From Methanobacteriota archaeon (GTDB taxonomy: Archaea > Thermoplasmatota > Poseidoniia > Poseidoniales > Poseidoniaceae): 64,000 bases of DNA. A model generated the notes under the pieces. That model did not search any database. It had not been told where the DNA came from and worked only from the letters and a program-made list of their open reading frames with translations. Shown here piece after piece: positions 26,662 through 35,300 of this stretch; within the stretch, counting starts at the first letter, position 1, and every line of letters begins with the position of its first letter. The DNA lies in the NCBI GenBank assembly GCA_004195635.1, contig PSPT01000002.1:26200-90199 (forward strand). Direction: 5' to 3'. A program made the translations under genes and the position numbers.

Positions 26662-28254
26662 TCATTCGCCAATATTCAATTGGCTTCCAATGCCCATTGT
26701 AGCATGCCCCTCGGAGTGAAGGCTACCAATTTCAGTCATGAGTATTCCTCCAACTGGGATAAATAATACCTCTGAGTATTGATGCTTCAAATCCTCAATT
26801 TCAGTTTGCTTGGTTGCCCAATCCTTTTTCCAGTGAAATAGTTTGACTGCTTTTGCTCCTTGATTTATTGCTTGTTCAGTTTGAGAAATATTTGCAACTC
26901 CTGGTATTGCTAACATGTTGTGTTGCTTGGCGATATTTACCATGTCTTTGGGGTTATTGGGGGCAAGGGCAAATGTAGCACCGCATTTTTGAGCCATAGG
27001 GATTTGAGTTTCGGGTTGTGAAATAGTGCCGACTCCAATAAGTATCCTTGGGGGAAGAGTGGACCGAATAGCAGCAATGGTCTCGAAGGGCTTGTCCGAA
27101 TCAAGGGTCACTTCAATTGCTTTGCAGCCTTCAGCGACTAGTTGAATTGCTAATTCCACCGCTTTGACTGGTTCATGTTTGCGAAGTATTGCAATCACCC
27201 CTGAGAGTGGATTTAGCGGTTTGTGGATGGTATTAGAGGATGAGCGGTTTAGCGAGGTGTGGCTTTGGCCCATAATTGTGAGAGTGCGCAAAGTAGCCTC
27301 TGCAACTCCTTCTTCAAGTGCGATGTCGGTAATGGTAGAGAAGTCTCCAATTCCCGCCTGAACCATAGCAGCATACTTGTCAGCCCTTCTAAGAATCTGC
27401 TCCTCATCAAATCCTTGGAGCATCCCGTCCAACCATGCGCCTACCCACGCATCACCTCCACCGAGAGGGTCAATCAAAGGTGAGGAACTCGGATTTTTAA
27501 TAGTTGAAACTGATTTATATTGCTGAAAAACAGAGGACATGGTTGACCACCTACTGCGAATGCCATTTTCGTCCGTTTTGTGACTGCAGGTTACCCATGT
27601 GAGCCCAAATTTCCTTCGAACTTCAGAAACTGCGTTTTCAATTTGGTCTGCTGGAGTTTCAATCAAATCGTTTTCATACATTTTTTCTAAGTCCGTTGTC
27701 GAAAGGTGAAGGGCGTGAATTTGGCGAAGTTTTGGCTCAATAATTGCCCACAGTTCCTCCCATTCACCTAGGGCTGGACGGTGGTTAATGTCAAGGCTGA
27801 TTAGAAAACCATCTAATTCAGCCCAACCCATCGCAGTAGCCCATAATGACTTGGGTTTTTCTCCAAGCAAAGGGGTGATGCCACTGAGGTGCAACCATCT
27901 AACTCCGTCAAATATTGGACGCAATAATTCGGGAAAATGTTGTGGAGTGAGGTGGGCAAAGGCTGAGTTCTTCCTTTGGTAAATTGGAGATTTACTATCC
28001 TCGGTTATTCGATATTTACCTGTTGGGTAGGGGAGGGTTTTGACATGACTTAGATCAACTCCCGCCGAGAGAGCATCCCGGCGGATACGCTTTGCAGCGG
28101 GGTCATCGCCAAGTGCCGAAATCCAACTGACTTTTCGCCCAAGCATTGCTAAACTTACCGCGGTGTTCAGTTCTGAACCTCCGGGTGTCGTAATGCTTCC
28201 AAGTCCACCCGATGCCTGTCTAAGCATCGCTTCCCCGAGGCAGATTACTTCCAC
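26662..28254 (-). CDS. Bifunctional 2-keto-3-deoxygluconate kinase (PfkB family) / KDPG aldolase (Eda) fusion
   Basis: The N-terminal half has PfkB motifs (VICLGEAM, GGSELNTAVSLAMLG, DPLGGGDAWVGAW). The C-terminal ~200 aa match Eda along their length (IEVTL, IGVGTI, GATFALAP, IPGV, AVKLFH with the Schiff-base Lys context). Confidence 0.7.
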   Translation of the reverse strand: MEVICLGEAMLRQASGGLGSITTPGGSELNTAVSLAMLGRKVSWISALGDDPAAKRIRRDALSAGVDLSHVKTLPYPTGKYRITEDSKSPIYQRKNSAFAHLTPQHFPELLRPIFDGVRWLHLSGITPLLGEKPKSLWATAMGWAELDGFLISLDINHRPALGEWEELWAIIEPKLRQIHALHLSTTDLEKMYENDLIETPADQIENAVSEVRRKFGLTWVTCSHKTDENGIRSRWSTMSSVFQQYKSVSTIKNPSSSPLIDPLGGGDAWVGAWLDGMLQGFDEEQILRRADKYAAMVQAGIGDFSTITDIALEEGVAEATLRTLTIMGQSHTSLNRSSSNTIHKPLNPLSGVIAILRKHEPVKAVELAIQLVAEGCKAIEVTLDSDKPFETIAAIRSTLPPRILIGVGTISQPETQIPMAQKCGATFALAPNNPKDMVNIAKQHNMLAIPGVANISQTEQAINQGAKAVKLFHWKKDWATKQTEIEDLKHQYSEVLFIPVGGILMTEIGSLHSEGHATMGIGSQLNIGE

Positions 28255-28393
28255 TTATTCTCCCTCACAAAATAGTCGGGTGGGTACCTCCTCATGACAA
28301 TTACCTGTGCACACTGATTCAAAAATACCAATCGCTTCCAATGTGTAGCCCTTTACGTGAGGCGATTTTTTCCAAGATGGAATGAATTACTAT

Positions 28394-29461
28394 TCAATCA
28401 TCAAGTTTGAATCTCAATAATGCAACTGCGCTGCCAAATGCTTCGAGTTGGGCTCCGGCATCATGCTCAGTTGAACATTGTATCCAATTTGCTCGGATTG
28501 CATCCAACTGGTCAAGGTAAGATTGCCAAGGCTTTCCGGCAATTCTTGCATCTTCATCTCGCAACAGGTCAGCGGTAATGAGAAGAGTCTCAATGGCACC
28601 CATCTCAAGAGCAGTAACGAGTTCTGCATCACCATAGGCAACTGCTCCGTCTGTTGCAATTCGCCGCCATGCATCTTCCAATAATTTCACTTCTTTGACA
28701 AGGGCATAATCACATAATATATTGTCTGCCAATCCTTCCCTTAGCACCTCATTTGCCGAAGAGCGCCCGCCAATTGAGGTGGCGACAGAAGCAATCTGCC
28801 GAGTCGCACCTTCATCCCTCATCATTTGCATTAACTGGTCTCGCGCCATTCCAGGCCCAGATAGAATCAATGGAGTTTCTTCGGACAATTGCATTTCCAT
28901 ATCTTTACCAATGTTTCGCAAAAAAGTAGTTCTAACATCGGTATTTGCCGAGCCAGTGTATTTACCACCTCCGCGCATAGTCCATGCCGCTACATCTCGC
29001 ATTCCGTGTTGTGATAATTCATAGAGTGCAACTTCATCATTTTCCACAGCCGCAATTGCAACTCGTGGTTTGCCCCCAGACTTTACCGCCTCTTTGAGTA
29101 ATTTCACATCTGGGCTTGGGAAACCAGCGGGACAAGAGATTTCTACCTCATCTCCAAAGTTGACAAGATGAGTGTGATGACTTCCTTTGTCTATCTTCGC
29201 TTCGGTAATGACGCCATGGACCCGCAAAATATCGGAAAAAGTTTGGTATTCAGTAGATTCAACATGAAGTTGAATCCACATTTTCTTTCTTTCAGCGGCC
29301 TTGGCTCTACCTCCCTCAACGCCCCCGGTAGTTTGGTCACGACGCTCACCGAGCATTGCGAATAGCCGACCCTTTCCAACCAGACGCGATAGCGTCCAAA
29401 GATCATCGGAACTGCGAATACGCAAGCGCCATAAATCGTGTTCGCGCTTGACAATCTGCAT
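28394..29461 (-). CDS. pelA: Pelota/Dom34 (eRF1-like mRNA surveillance factor)
   Basis: The N-terminus is MQIVKREHD...WRLRI..DDLW.L. eRF1-like central and C-terminal domains follow. The ~355-aa size matches archaeal Pelota. Confidence 0.8.
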   Translation of the reverse strand: MQIVKREHDLWRLRIRSSDDLWTLSRLVGKGRLFAMLGERRDQTTGGVEGGRAKAAERKKMWIQLHVESTEYQTFSDILRVHGVITEAKIDKGSHHTHLVNFGDEVEISCPAGFPSPDVKLLKEAVKSGGKPRVAIAAVENDEVALYELSQHGMRDVAAWTMRGGGKYTGSANTDVRTTFLRNIGKDMEMQLSEETPLILSGPGMARDQLMQMMRDEGATRQIASVATSIGGRSSANEVLREGLADNILCDYALVKEVKLLEDAWRRIATDGAVAYGDAELVTALEMGAIETLLITADLLRDEDARIAGKPWQSYLDQLDAIRANWIQCSTEHDAGAQLEAFGSAVALLRFKLDD

Positions 29462-29488
29462 TTTTTCACCGTAAGAGAGGGCTGGCTC

Positions 29489-31204
29489 TTAACCGAACAT
29501 GCCGACGAATTTTCCGCTATCATCCATATCCATGTCGGCAGCAGCTGGTCGCTTTGGAAGTCCAGGCATGGTCATCATATTGCCGAGAACTGCTACAATA
29601 AATCCGGCACCTGCATTGAGGCGGAACTCACGCACAGGCAAGTCAAATCCAGATGGTGCACCAAGCATATTCGGGTCATGCGAGAAAGAATATTGGGTTT
29701 TTGCCATACAAACGGGGAGTTTTCCATATCCCCATTCAATGAATTTTTGCATTTGTCGGTGTGCCTTTGTCTCAATGTTTAGGCCAGCAGCGGAGTAAAG
29801 AGAAGTGGCGATTTTTAGGGCCTTTGAAGTAGTATCCATTTCGGTTGGGAATAGCGGAGTAAATGGCCGACCATCAGCGAGATGAGACTCACAAGCAACA
29901 ACAACTGCCTTTGCAAGGTCTAGTCCCCCTTCGCCTCCATTTGCGTGAACGGTTGAGCGAACAACAGAGGTTGCGCCTGAGCGCCTAGCAGCTTCTTCAA
30001 GTGCAACTAATTCTGCTTCTGAATCGCTGGAAAATACATTGATACTGACAACCACTGGTACACTAAATTTACTCATGTTGGTGATGTGACGGTCAAGGTT
30101 TGATTCTGCACCCTTCACCAAATCCTCAATATTTTCTTTGGCTAAATCCTCGGCAGTAGGGCGATACCCACCCCTTCCTCCAAATGCTCCGCCATTCATT
30201 TGCATTGAACGTACTGTGACATTCAACACCACGCAATCAGGGCCGCGGCCAAGGGCCGGGGCTTTGATGTGCATGAATTTCTCTGCACCCATGTCTGAGC
30301 CAAATCCGGCTTCGGTGACTACGAATTCGCTACTTGCGAGAGCCATTCGATCGGAAATGATACTTGAATTACCATGGGCAATATTAGCGAAGGGCCCACC
30401 GTGTATGAAGGCAGGGTTGCCTTCAAGAGTTTGCACTAAATTTGGCAGGAACGCAGTTCTAAGGAGTAGGGACATTGCTCCAGCAGCATCTATTTGCTCG
30501 GCTTTTACCGGCTGGCCGCTTGTGTTTTCAGCAACAACAATTTGACCTAAGCGCTGGCGAAGGTCAGCATAATCCTTGGCTAAAGTAAGGATTGCCATGA
30601 CTTCGGAAGCAGCAGTGATATCAGTTCTATCTTCGCGAGTAACTCCATTTGCGATTCCACCGAGCCCAACAACGGTATTGCGCAGGCTTCGGTCATTCAT
30701 ATCCATGACTCGAGGCCAACTAATTCGGTTTGAATCAATTTGCAATTCATTTCCGTGCTTTAGATGATTATCTATCATTGCAGAAAGAAGGTTGTGGGCA
30801 CAGGTTATTGCGTGCAGATCTCCGGTGAAGTGGAGGTTGATTTCTTCCATAGGTATTACTTGTGAGTGTCCGCCACCGGCTGCTCCGCCTTTGATTCCAA
30901 AGACTGGCCCCATGGATGGTTCCCGCAAGGTACACACGGCTTCCCTGCCAAATTTGTTTAATGCTTGAGTAAGACCAATTGTGGTGACGGTTTTTCCTTC
31001 TCCAAAAGGAGTTGGGTTCACCGAGGTTACTAGAACCAAGAATCCGTTTGGTTCATCAAAGCGTTTTTTGAGAGCCGGCCACCGAATTTTTGCAATACCA
31101 TCGCCCATTGGAATTAGTTCTTCTACCCCAATTCCTAACTTCCAGGCGATTTCCTCAATCGGCGCCATTTGCGCCTCTCTTGCTATCTCCACATCGGTTG
31201 GCAT
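29489..31204 (-). CDS. fhs: Formate--tetrahydrofolate ligase (FTHFS)
   Basis: It carries the PTPFGEGKTVTTIGL signature and a GGGHSQVIPMEEINLHFTGD motif. Confidence 0.9.
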   Translation of the reverse strand: MPTDVEIAREAQMAPIEEIAWKLGIGVEELIPMGDGIAKIRWPALKKRFDEPNGFLVLVTSVNPTPFGEGKTVTTIGLTQALNKFGREAVCTLREPSMGPVFGIKGGAAGGGHSQVIPMEEINLHFTGDLHAITCAHNLLSAMIDNHLKHGNELQIDSNRISWPRVMDMNDRSLRNTVVGLGGIANGVTREDRTDITAASEVMAILTLAKDYADLRQRLGQIVVAENTSGQPVKAEQIDAAGAMSLLLRTAFLPNLVQTLEGNPAFIHGGPFANIAHGNSSIISDRMALASSEFVVTEAGFGSDMGAEKFMHIKAPALGRGPDCVVLNVTVRSMQMNGGAFGGRGGYRPTAEDLAKENIEDLVKGAESNLDRHITNMSKFSVPVVVSINVFSSDSEAELVALEEAARRSGATSVVRSTVHANGGEGGLDLAKAVVVACESHLADGRPFTPLFPTEMDTTSKALKIATSLYSAAGLNIETKAHRQMQKFIEWGYGKLPVCMAKTQYSFSHDPNMLGAPSGFDLPVREFRLNAGAGFIVAVLGNMMTMPGLPKRPAAADMDMDDSGKFVGMFG

Positions 31205-31300
31205 GGTATTAGCCCGAGGACAGGTTCTTTTCAACCCAGCGCTAGAAAAATGAAGAAACTTCTTTTCATGCTAGAGTCGTCAATAAATGGGGGACCCTAA

Positions 31301-32710
31301 TTATTGACTCTCTTCGGTAACTTTGCCAAGATAATCAGGGAGTTCAACACCTGCCATCTTTGCAACTTCGTGCACCGGAGGTAAACTATGGATTAGGCTT
31401 GAAACGAAGTTTGCAGTACTGCCTCCTTCTCCATTGCCTGATCCAGAATCCCAAACAGTAATCTTATCAATTTGAAGATTGGAGATTGCTTCTACTTGCT
31501 TAGCGACAATCGCCTCAAGTTGTTCAACCATGAGGAGGGTTGCAGCATCCTTTGGATTTCCACCCGCTGCTTTGACAAGGGCATCATAACCTGCTGCTTT
31601 GGCAGAAAGAACTTCATTGATACCAGCGGCTTCAGCCGTCTTGATTGCAAGAATTGCGTCTGCTTCACCATGAGCAATACGACGTAGGCGTTCTGCTTCT
31701 GCTTCGGCGGCGATTTCTATTTGCTGCTTAGCAATTTCTTCAGTAACGATTTCTTCAGCACGTAGACGTTCCTGCTCAAGAGCATATTGAGCGATTTGGA
31801 TTTTAGTTTCTGCTTCACGTTTTGCAACTTCTGCTTTCCTCATTGCTTCAGCCTGCTTTTCTTGGAGCATTGCATTGGTATCGGCGATTTGCACCTTGGC
31901 CATGTTTTCTCCCTCAATGGCAATTGCTTCTTGTTCTTGAACATACACACGTCTATCTCTTTCAGCGGATTTTTGTCCTTTCGCTGATTCAGCAACATTT
32001 TCTGCAACTTGAATTTCACGTGTTCGGTCTGCTTCTGCCTTTCCAATTGCACCATCTCTTTCAGCATCAGCAACATCAACAAGTGCGCGGTTTACTGCAA
32101 CAGATGCAGCCTTTTTCCCGATGCTCTTGATATAGTCAGAATCATCGGTGATGTCAGTAATGTTCACATTTATCAAGTATAGTCCGAGTTTGTTTAGTTC
32201 TGCACCCACGTTAATGCGAATTAGGTCCAAGAAATTGTCACGGTCTTGATTGATTTGCTCAATTGTTAGGGTTGCAACTGTTAAACGCAACTGACCAAAA
32301 ATAATCTCTTGTGCCATCTCCTCAATTTGTTCTTCTTTGAGATGAAGCAGACGTTCTGCTGCATTTTGCATAATCTCTGGGCTTGTACTTACACCGACGG
32401 TGAAAGTAGAAGGTACGTCAATACGGATGTTTTGCAAAGAAAGTGCATTTGTAAGTGGAATACGGATTGTCATTGGAATTAAACTAATTTTCTTGAAATC
32501 TTGAAAAAGAGGCCAGATCATTCTAGCGCCACCATGCATACACACAGAAGCCTTATTTTTCCCTACTCTACCATATACTACGAGGATTTCATCAGAAGCA
32601 CATCTCTTATATCTCGTAATTAATAACCCAAAACCAAATGTTACTAGTATTAGTACACCAAATCCAATCATTGTTAGCCAAAAAGTTGCTTCGCCTGCCA
32701 TATTATTCAC
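31301..32710 (-). CDS. Flotillin / SPFH (band-7) domain protein
   Basis: An N-terminal TM is followed by an SPFH domain and a long EA-rich coiled-coil (flotillin repeats). Confidence 0.8.
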   Translation of the reverse strand: MNNMAGEATFWLTMIGFGVLILVTFGFGLLITRYKRCASDEILVVYGRVGKNKASVCMHGGARMIWPLFQDFKKISLIPMTIRIPLTNALSLQNIRIDVPSTFTVGVSTSPEIMQNAAERLLHLKEEQIEEMAQEIIFGQLRLTVATLTIEQINQDRDNFLDLIRINVGAELNKLGLYLINVNITDITDDSDYIKSIGKKAASVAVNRALVDVADAERDGAIGKAEADRTREIQVAENVAESAKGQKSAERDRRVYVQEQEAIAIEGENMAKVQIADTNAMLQEKQAEAMRKAEVAKREAETKIQIAQYALEQERLRAEEIVTEEIAKQQIEIAAEAEAERLRRIAHGEADAILAIKTAEAAGINEVLSAKAAGYDALVKAAGGNPKDAATLLMVEQLEAIVAKQVEAISNLQIDKITVWDSGSGNGEGGSTANFVSSLIHSLPPVHEVAKMAGVELPDYLGKVTEESQ

Positions 32711-32711
32711 C

Positions 32712-33305
32712 TCATTCTTCCTCTTGTAATTCCTCTATTATTAGTATTGAATTGATTACATCTACCACTCTGATAAAAGTGCCAGTTGGGATGAGTGCGC
32801 TCTTGTCCTTTCCTCTTGCCTGAAGTGTTTTCATGCCACCAGATACAGTAACTTGTACTTCTCCAGTTTCTCCTGGCTTTACACGCGAATACACTTGACC
32901 TCTTTCGCCAATTGCCTCAGTGATTTGCATTGTGCCATCGGTCTGTAAATCGTAAATACTTTGCATCATTACTTTCATCGCATACATTGATGCAACTGCA
33001 GCGATGCCGCCGGCAAATACCGCCAGTACATCGGGCTGGTTTGATTTAATTGTGTACATGCCGACAAGGCCGAACATCATTATTGCCGCAGAAATTCCTT
33101 GAAGGCTAAACATCTCAAAAGAGAGGTCGGTGTCAAGACTTAAATCTGCATCAAATGCAGTATCAATGGCGCCGCCAACAAGGCCGCCAACTAGCATTAA
33201 GACCAACATTAGAAGGAAAAAGGCTGCGCCGAAAACTGCGCAAGAAATGAAAATGAGTTCAAGTGAACTTGGGGCGCTGATGCCGATAATCTCCATTATA
33301 CCCAT
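32712..33305 (-). CDS. NfeD-like (YqiJ-type) membrane protein with C-terminal OB-fold, partner of flotillin
   Basis: Multi-TM N-terminus is followed by GETGEVQVTVSGGMKTLQARG, an OB beta-barrel. The gene overlaps the flotillin start, indicating an operon. Confidence 0.6.
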   Translation of the reverse strand: MGIMEIIGISAPSSLELIFISCAVFGAAFFLLMLVLMLVGGLVGGAIDTAFDADLSLDTDLSFEMFSLQGISAAIMMFGLVGMYTIKSNQPDVLAVFAGGIAAVASMYAMKVMMQSIYDLQTDGTMQITEAIGERGQVYSRVKPGETGEVQVTVSGGMKTLQARGKDKSALIPTGTFIRVVDVINSILIIEELQEEE

Positions 33306-33358
33306 CTTATCCCCAACCTACGCATCACACATGTCCTATATTGTTATTTACCTGAAAT

Positions 33359-33586
33359 TCATTTTTCGTCCTGATGCTCTTTTAATTTTAAATTTTCATA
33401 AATCGCAATCGGAGCAACTGATACTCCGGCGAGAATTGCTGCTACAATTATTGGCGCCCCTGCACTCCACGCAAGAAGGTAAACCCAAAATGGGACGAGA
33501 ATAATAAGGATGCGTTTGAGAAAAATCCACATTCCATCCATCAGTTCATCAGATGGGTCTTCAATCATTTTTTTCGCCTCATGCAA
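33359..33586 (-). CDS. Small (75 aa) two-TM membrane protein, hypothetical
   Basis: A hydrophobic ORF lies in an operonic position upstream of nfeD/flotillin on the same strand. Confidence 0.35.
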   Translation of the reverse strand: MHEAKKMIEDPSDELMDGMWIFLKRILIILVPFWVYLLAWSAGAPIIVAAILAGVSVAPIAIYENLKLKEHQDEK

Positions 33587-33639
33587 TTAACTGATTTGGT
33601 AATAATCTTGAGCCGGTGCAAATGGGATTGAGGTTGAGG

Positions 33640-34017
33640 TTAATGATTGAACATGAAATAACCAATTACCATTACTGTCATCCACATGTTTAGAATTAGT
33701 TTAAACTTAGATTTCTGCCCTTTGATTTGGTCTTCATGTACTTCTTTTTGTGGCTTAATTGGATTGAGGAGAAGTTCCCTTTGTTCCTTTCTAAAGGCCA
33801 CTAATCCAATGAGGAATAGGGCAGCTGCACTTGCACCAAAAAGAGTTTCAATAGCAGTAGTCATTTGGTCAGCAAGAATAAAAGAGAGCCCCAATTGAGT
33901 TCCTGAAAACATAAACCAATAGATGGACCCACGTTCGTCAAAATTCATTCCAGCAACTCTCTCGTCTACCATCATTCTCAAGTAGGCCAAGTAATACTTG
34001 CTATTTGAGGTTTGCAT
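33640..34017 (-). CDS. Hypothetical membrane protein (125 aa)
   Basis: A three-TM-like hydropathy pattern sits on the same strand as the flotillin operon. Confidence 0.4.
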   Translation of the reverse strand: MQTSNSKYYLAYLRMMVDERVAGMNFDERGSIYWFMFSGTQLGLSFILADQMTTAIETLFGASAAALFLIGLVAFRKEQRELLLNPIKPQKEVHEDQIKGQKSKFKLILNMWMTVMVIGYFMFNH

Positions 34018-34073
34018 TTTTCAAGGGATATAATAAATGGTGAGTTATCTAGGGGTAAGTAGGAGGGAGAAGT

Positions 34074-35255
34074 TTGCCGAGAGTGAGATACGCTATTGCT
34101 GGCACCCCTGTCGGGCACTCATTGTCACCCCTATTGATGGGATTAGTGAGTGAACATTTGCGCGTTTGTTCTGAATTACTTCCCACGCAAAGGAAAAAAG
34201 GAGTAAAAACACTTCCGCGGACATCTGTTGTGAAAATTGATCGATTAGATCTAGTGCCGGTGGAAAAAGTTGAGGATGCACTTGCATGGGGTTATGTGGG
34301 AATGTTCCCTGGCGATTTGCCAAATTGGGAATTAGTTGGCTCGCCACTTCCAGCATTCCGCGGAAAAACATTGCTTGAACGAGCATGTGTTGCAGCAAAT
34401 GAGGCAGTCTCGGAGTCGCTAACTACTCCGAATTCTTCTATTTCTTTGGATTCTAATGAAAAATCCGAAATAGAAATGACGTTAGATGGAGGCGGTCCTT
34501 TACCTCCGCCTCCGCACAGAAAAATCCCAGGTAATCATTTGGAAAATTGGCTCTCTCTTACCTCACCTCTTAAGCATCAATTAAGTTCAGCAGCAATACA
34601 TTATGCTGATGATTCTAAGGGAATAGATAGCGTGAACTCTTTGCTCTGGAATAAGCGCGAATGGTGGGCTGCTTCTACCGATGGAGCCGGATTAGTTATG
34701 GTAGCCGAACATTTTGGGATTTCTATTGCTGATGGTAAGGGGGCAATTCTTGAGTTACATGGTGGAGGAGGGGCTGCTCGTTCATGTGCCGCCGCGTGGG
34801 TCGCTGCTGGTGGTCGAATCCGCTGGTCTGGTGGTCGTAGGGAGTTAGCCGAGGATGGGCCATGGGCCCGTGGAATGGTCATGGAAAACACATTCGGCGA
34901 GTTAGGTGTTGCCGCTATATGCATTGATTTTGATGTCAAAGCAGGGGTTGCAGCAGAGGAAAAATATTCTAACGAAGAAGCACTTCATGAAGGCCTCATC
35001 ATTAATTCCGCTTATACAGAAATGGAAGGTGATGTTGAAAGCCGCCTTTCTCAATTATCAGAGATTAAGGGTGATTCTGCCATTTCAAATGGCACCGCCG
35101 GCGTTCTTCATTTGGATGGCCGCTGGTTGCTTTGCGGTCAGCATTTAGCCGCTTGGTCTATGCTATGGGCTCCAAAGTTGCGCCCCTATTTACCAAGCCT
35201 TGGTTTGCTAATTTCTCGCTTAGTTCATGCAGAACAATACCTCGAGAAATACTGA
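34074..35255 (+). CDS. Shikimate/quinate dehydrogenase (AroE)-family protein with a ~120-aa insertion
   Basis: YAIAGTPVGHSLSPLLM matches the AroE GxPxxHSxSP motif. TSPLKHQ matches the VTxPxK motif. NSLLWNKREWWAASTDGAG matches AVNT...G.NTDG.G. ILELHGGGGAARS is the GAGGAAR NADP site. Confidence 0.5.
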   Translation: MPRVRYAIAGTPVGHSLSPLLMGLVSEHLRVCSELLPTQRKKGVKTLPRTSVVKIDRLDLVPVEKVEDALAWGYVGMFPGDLPNWELVGSPLPAFRGKTLLERACVAANEAVSESLTTPNSSISLDSNEKSEIEMTLDGGGPLPPPPHRKIPGNHLENWLSLTSPLKHQLSSAAIHYADDSKGIDSVNSLLWNKREWWAASTDGAGLVMVAEHFGISIADGKGAILELHGGGGAARSCAAAWVAAGGRIRWSGGRRELAEDGPWARGMVMENTFGELGVAAICIDFDVKAGVAAEEKYSNEEALHEGLIINSAYTEMEGDVESRLSQLSEIKGDSAISNGTAGVLHLDGRWLLCGQHLAAWSMLWAPKLRPYLPSLGLLISRLVHAEQYLEKY

Positions 35256-35300
35256 TTGATATGTCGCAACCGATACTCAATAGCGCGAGGGGTTGAATAG

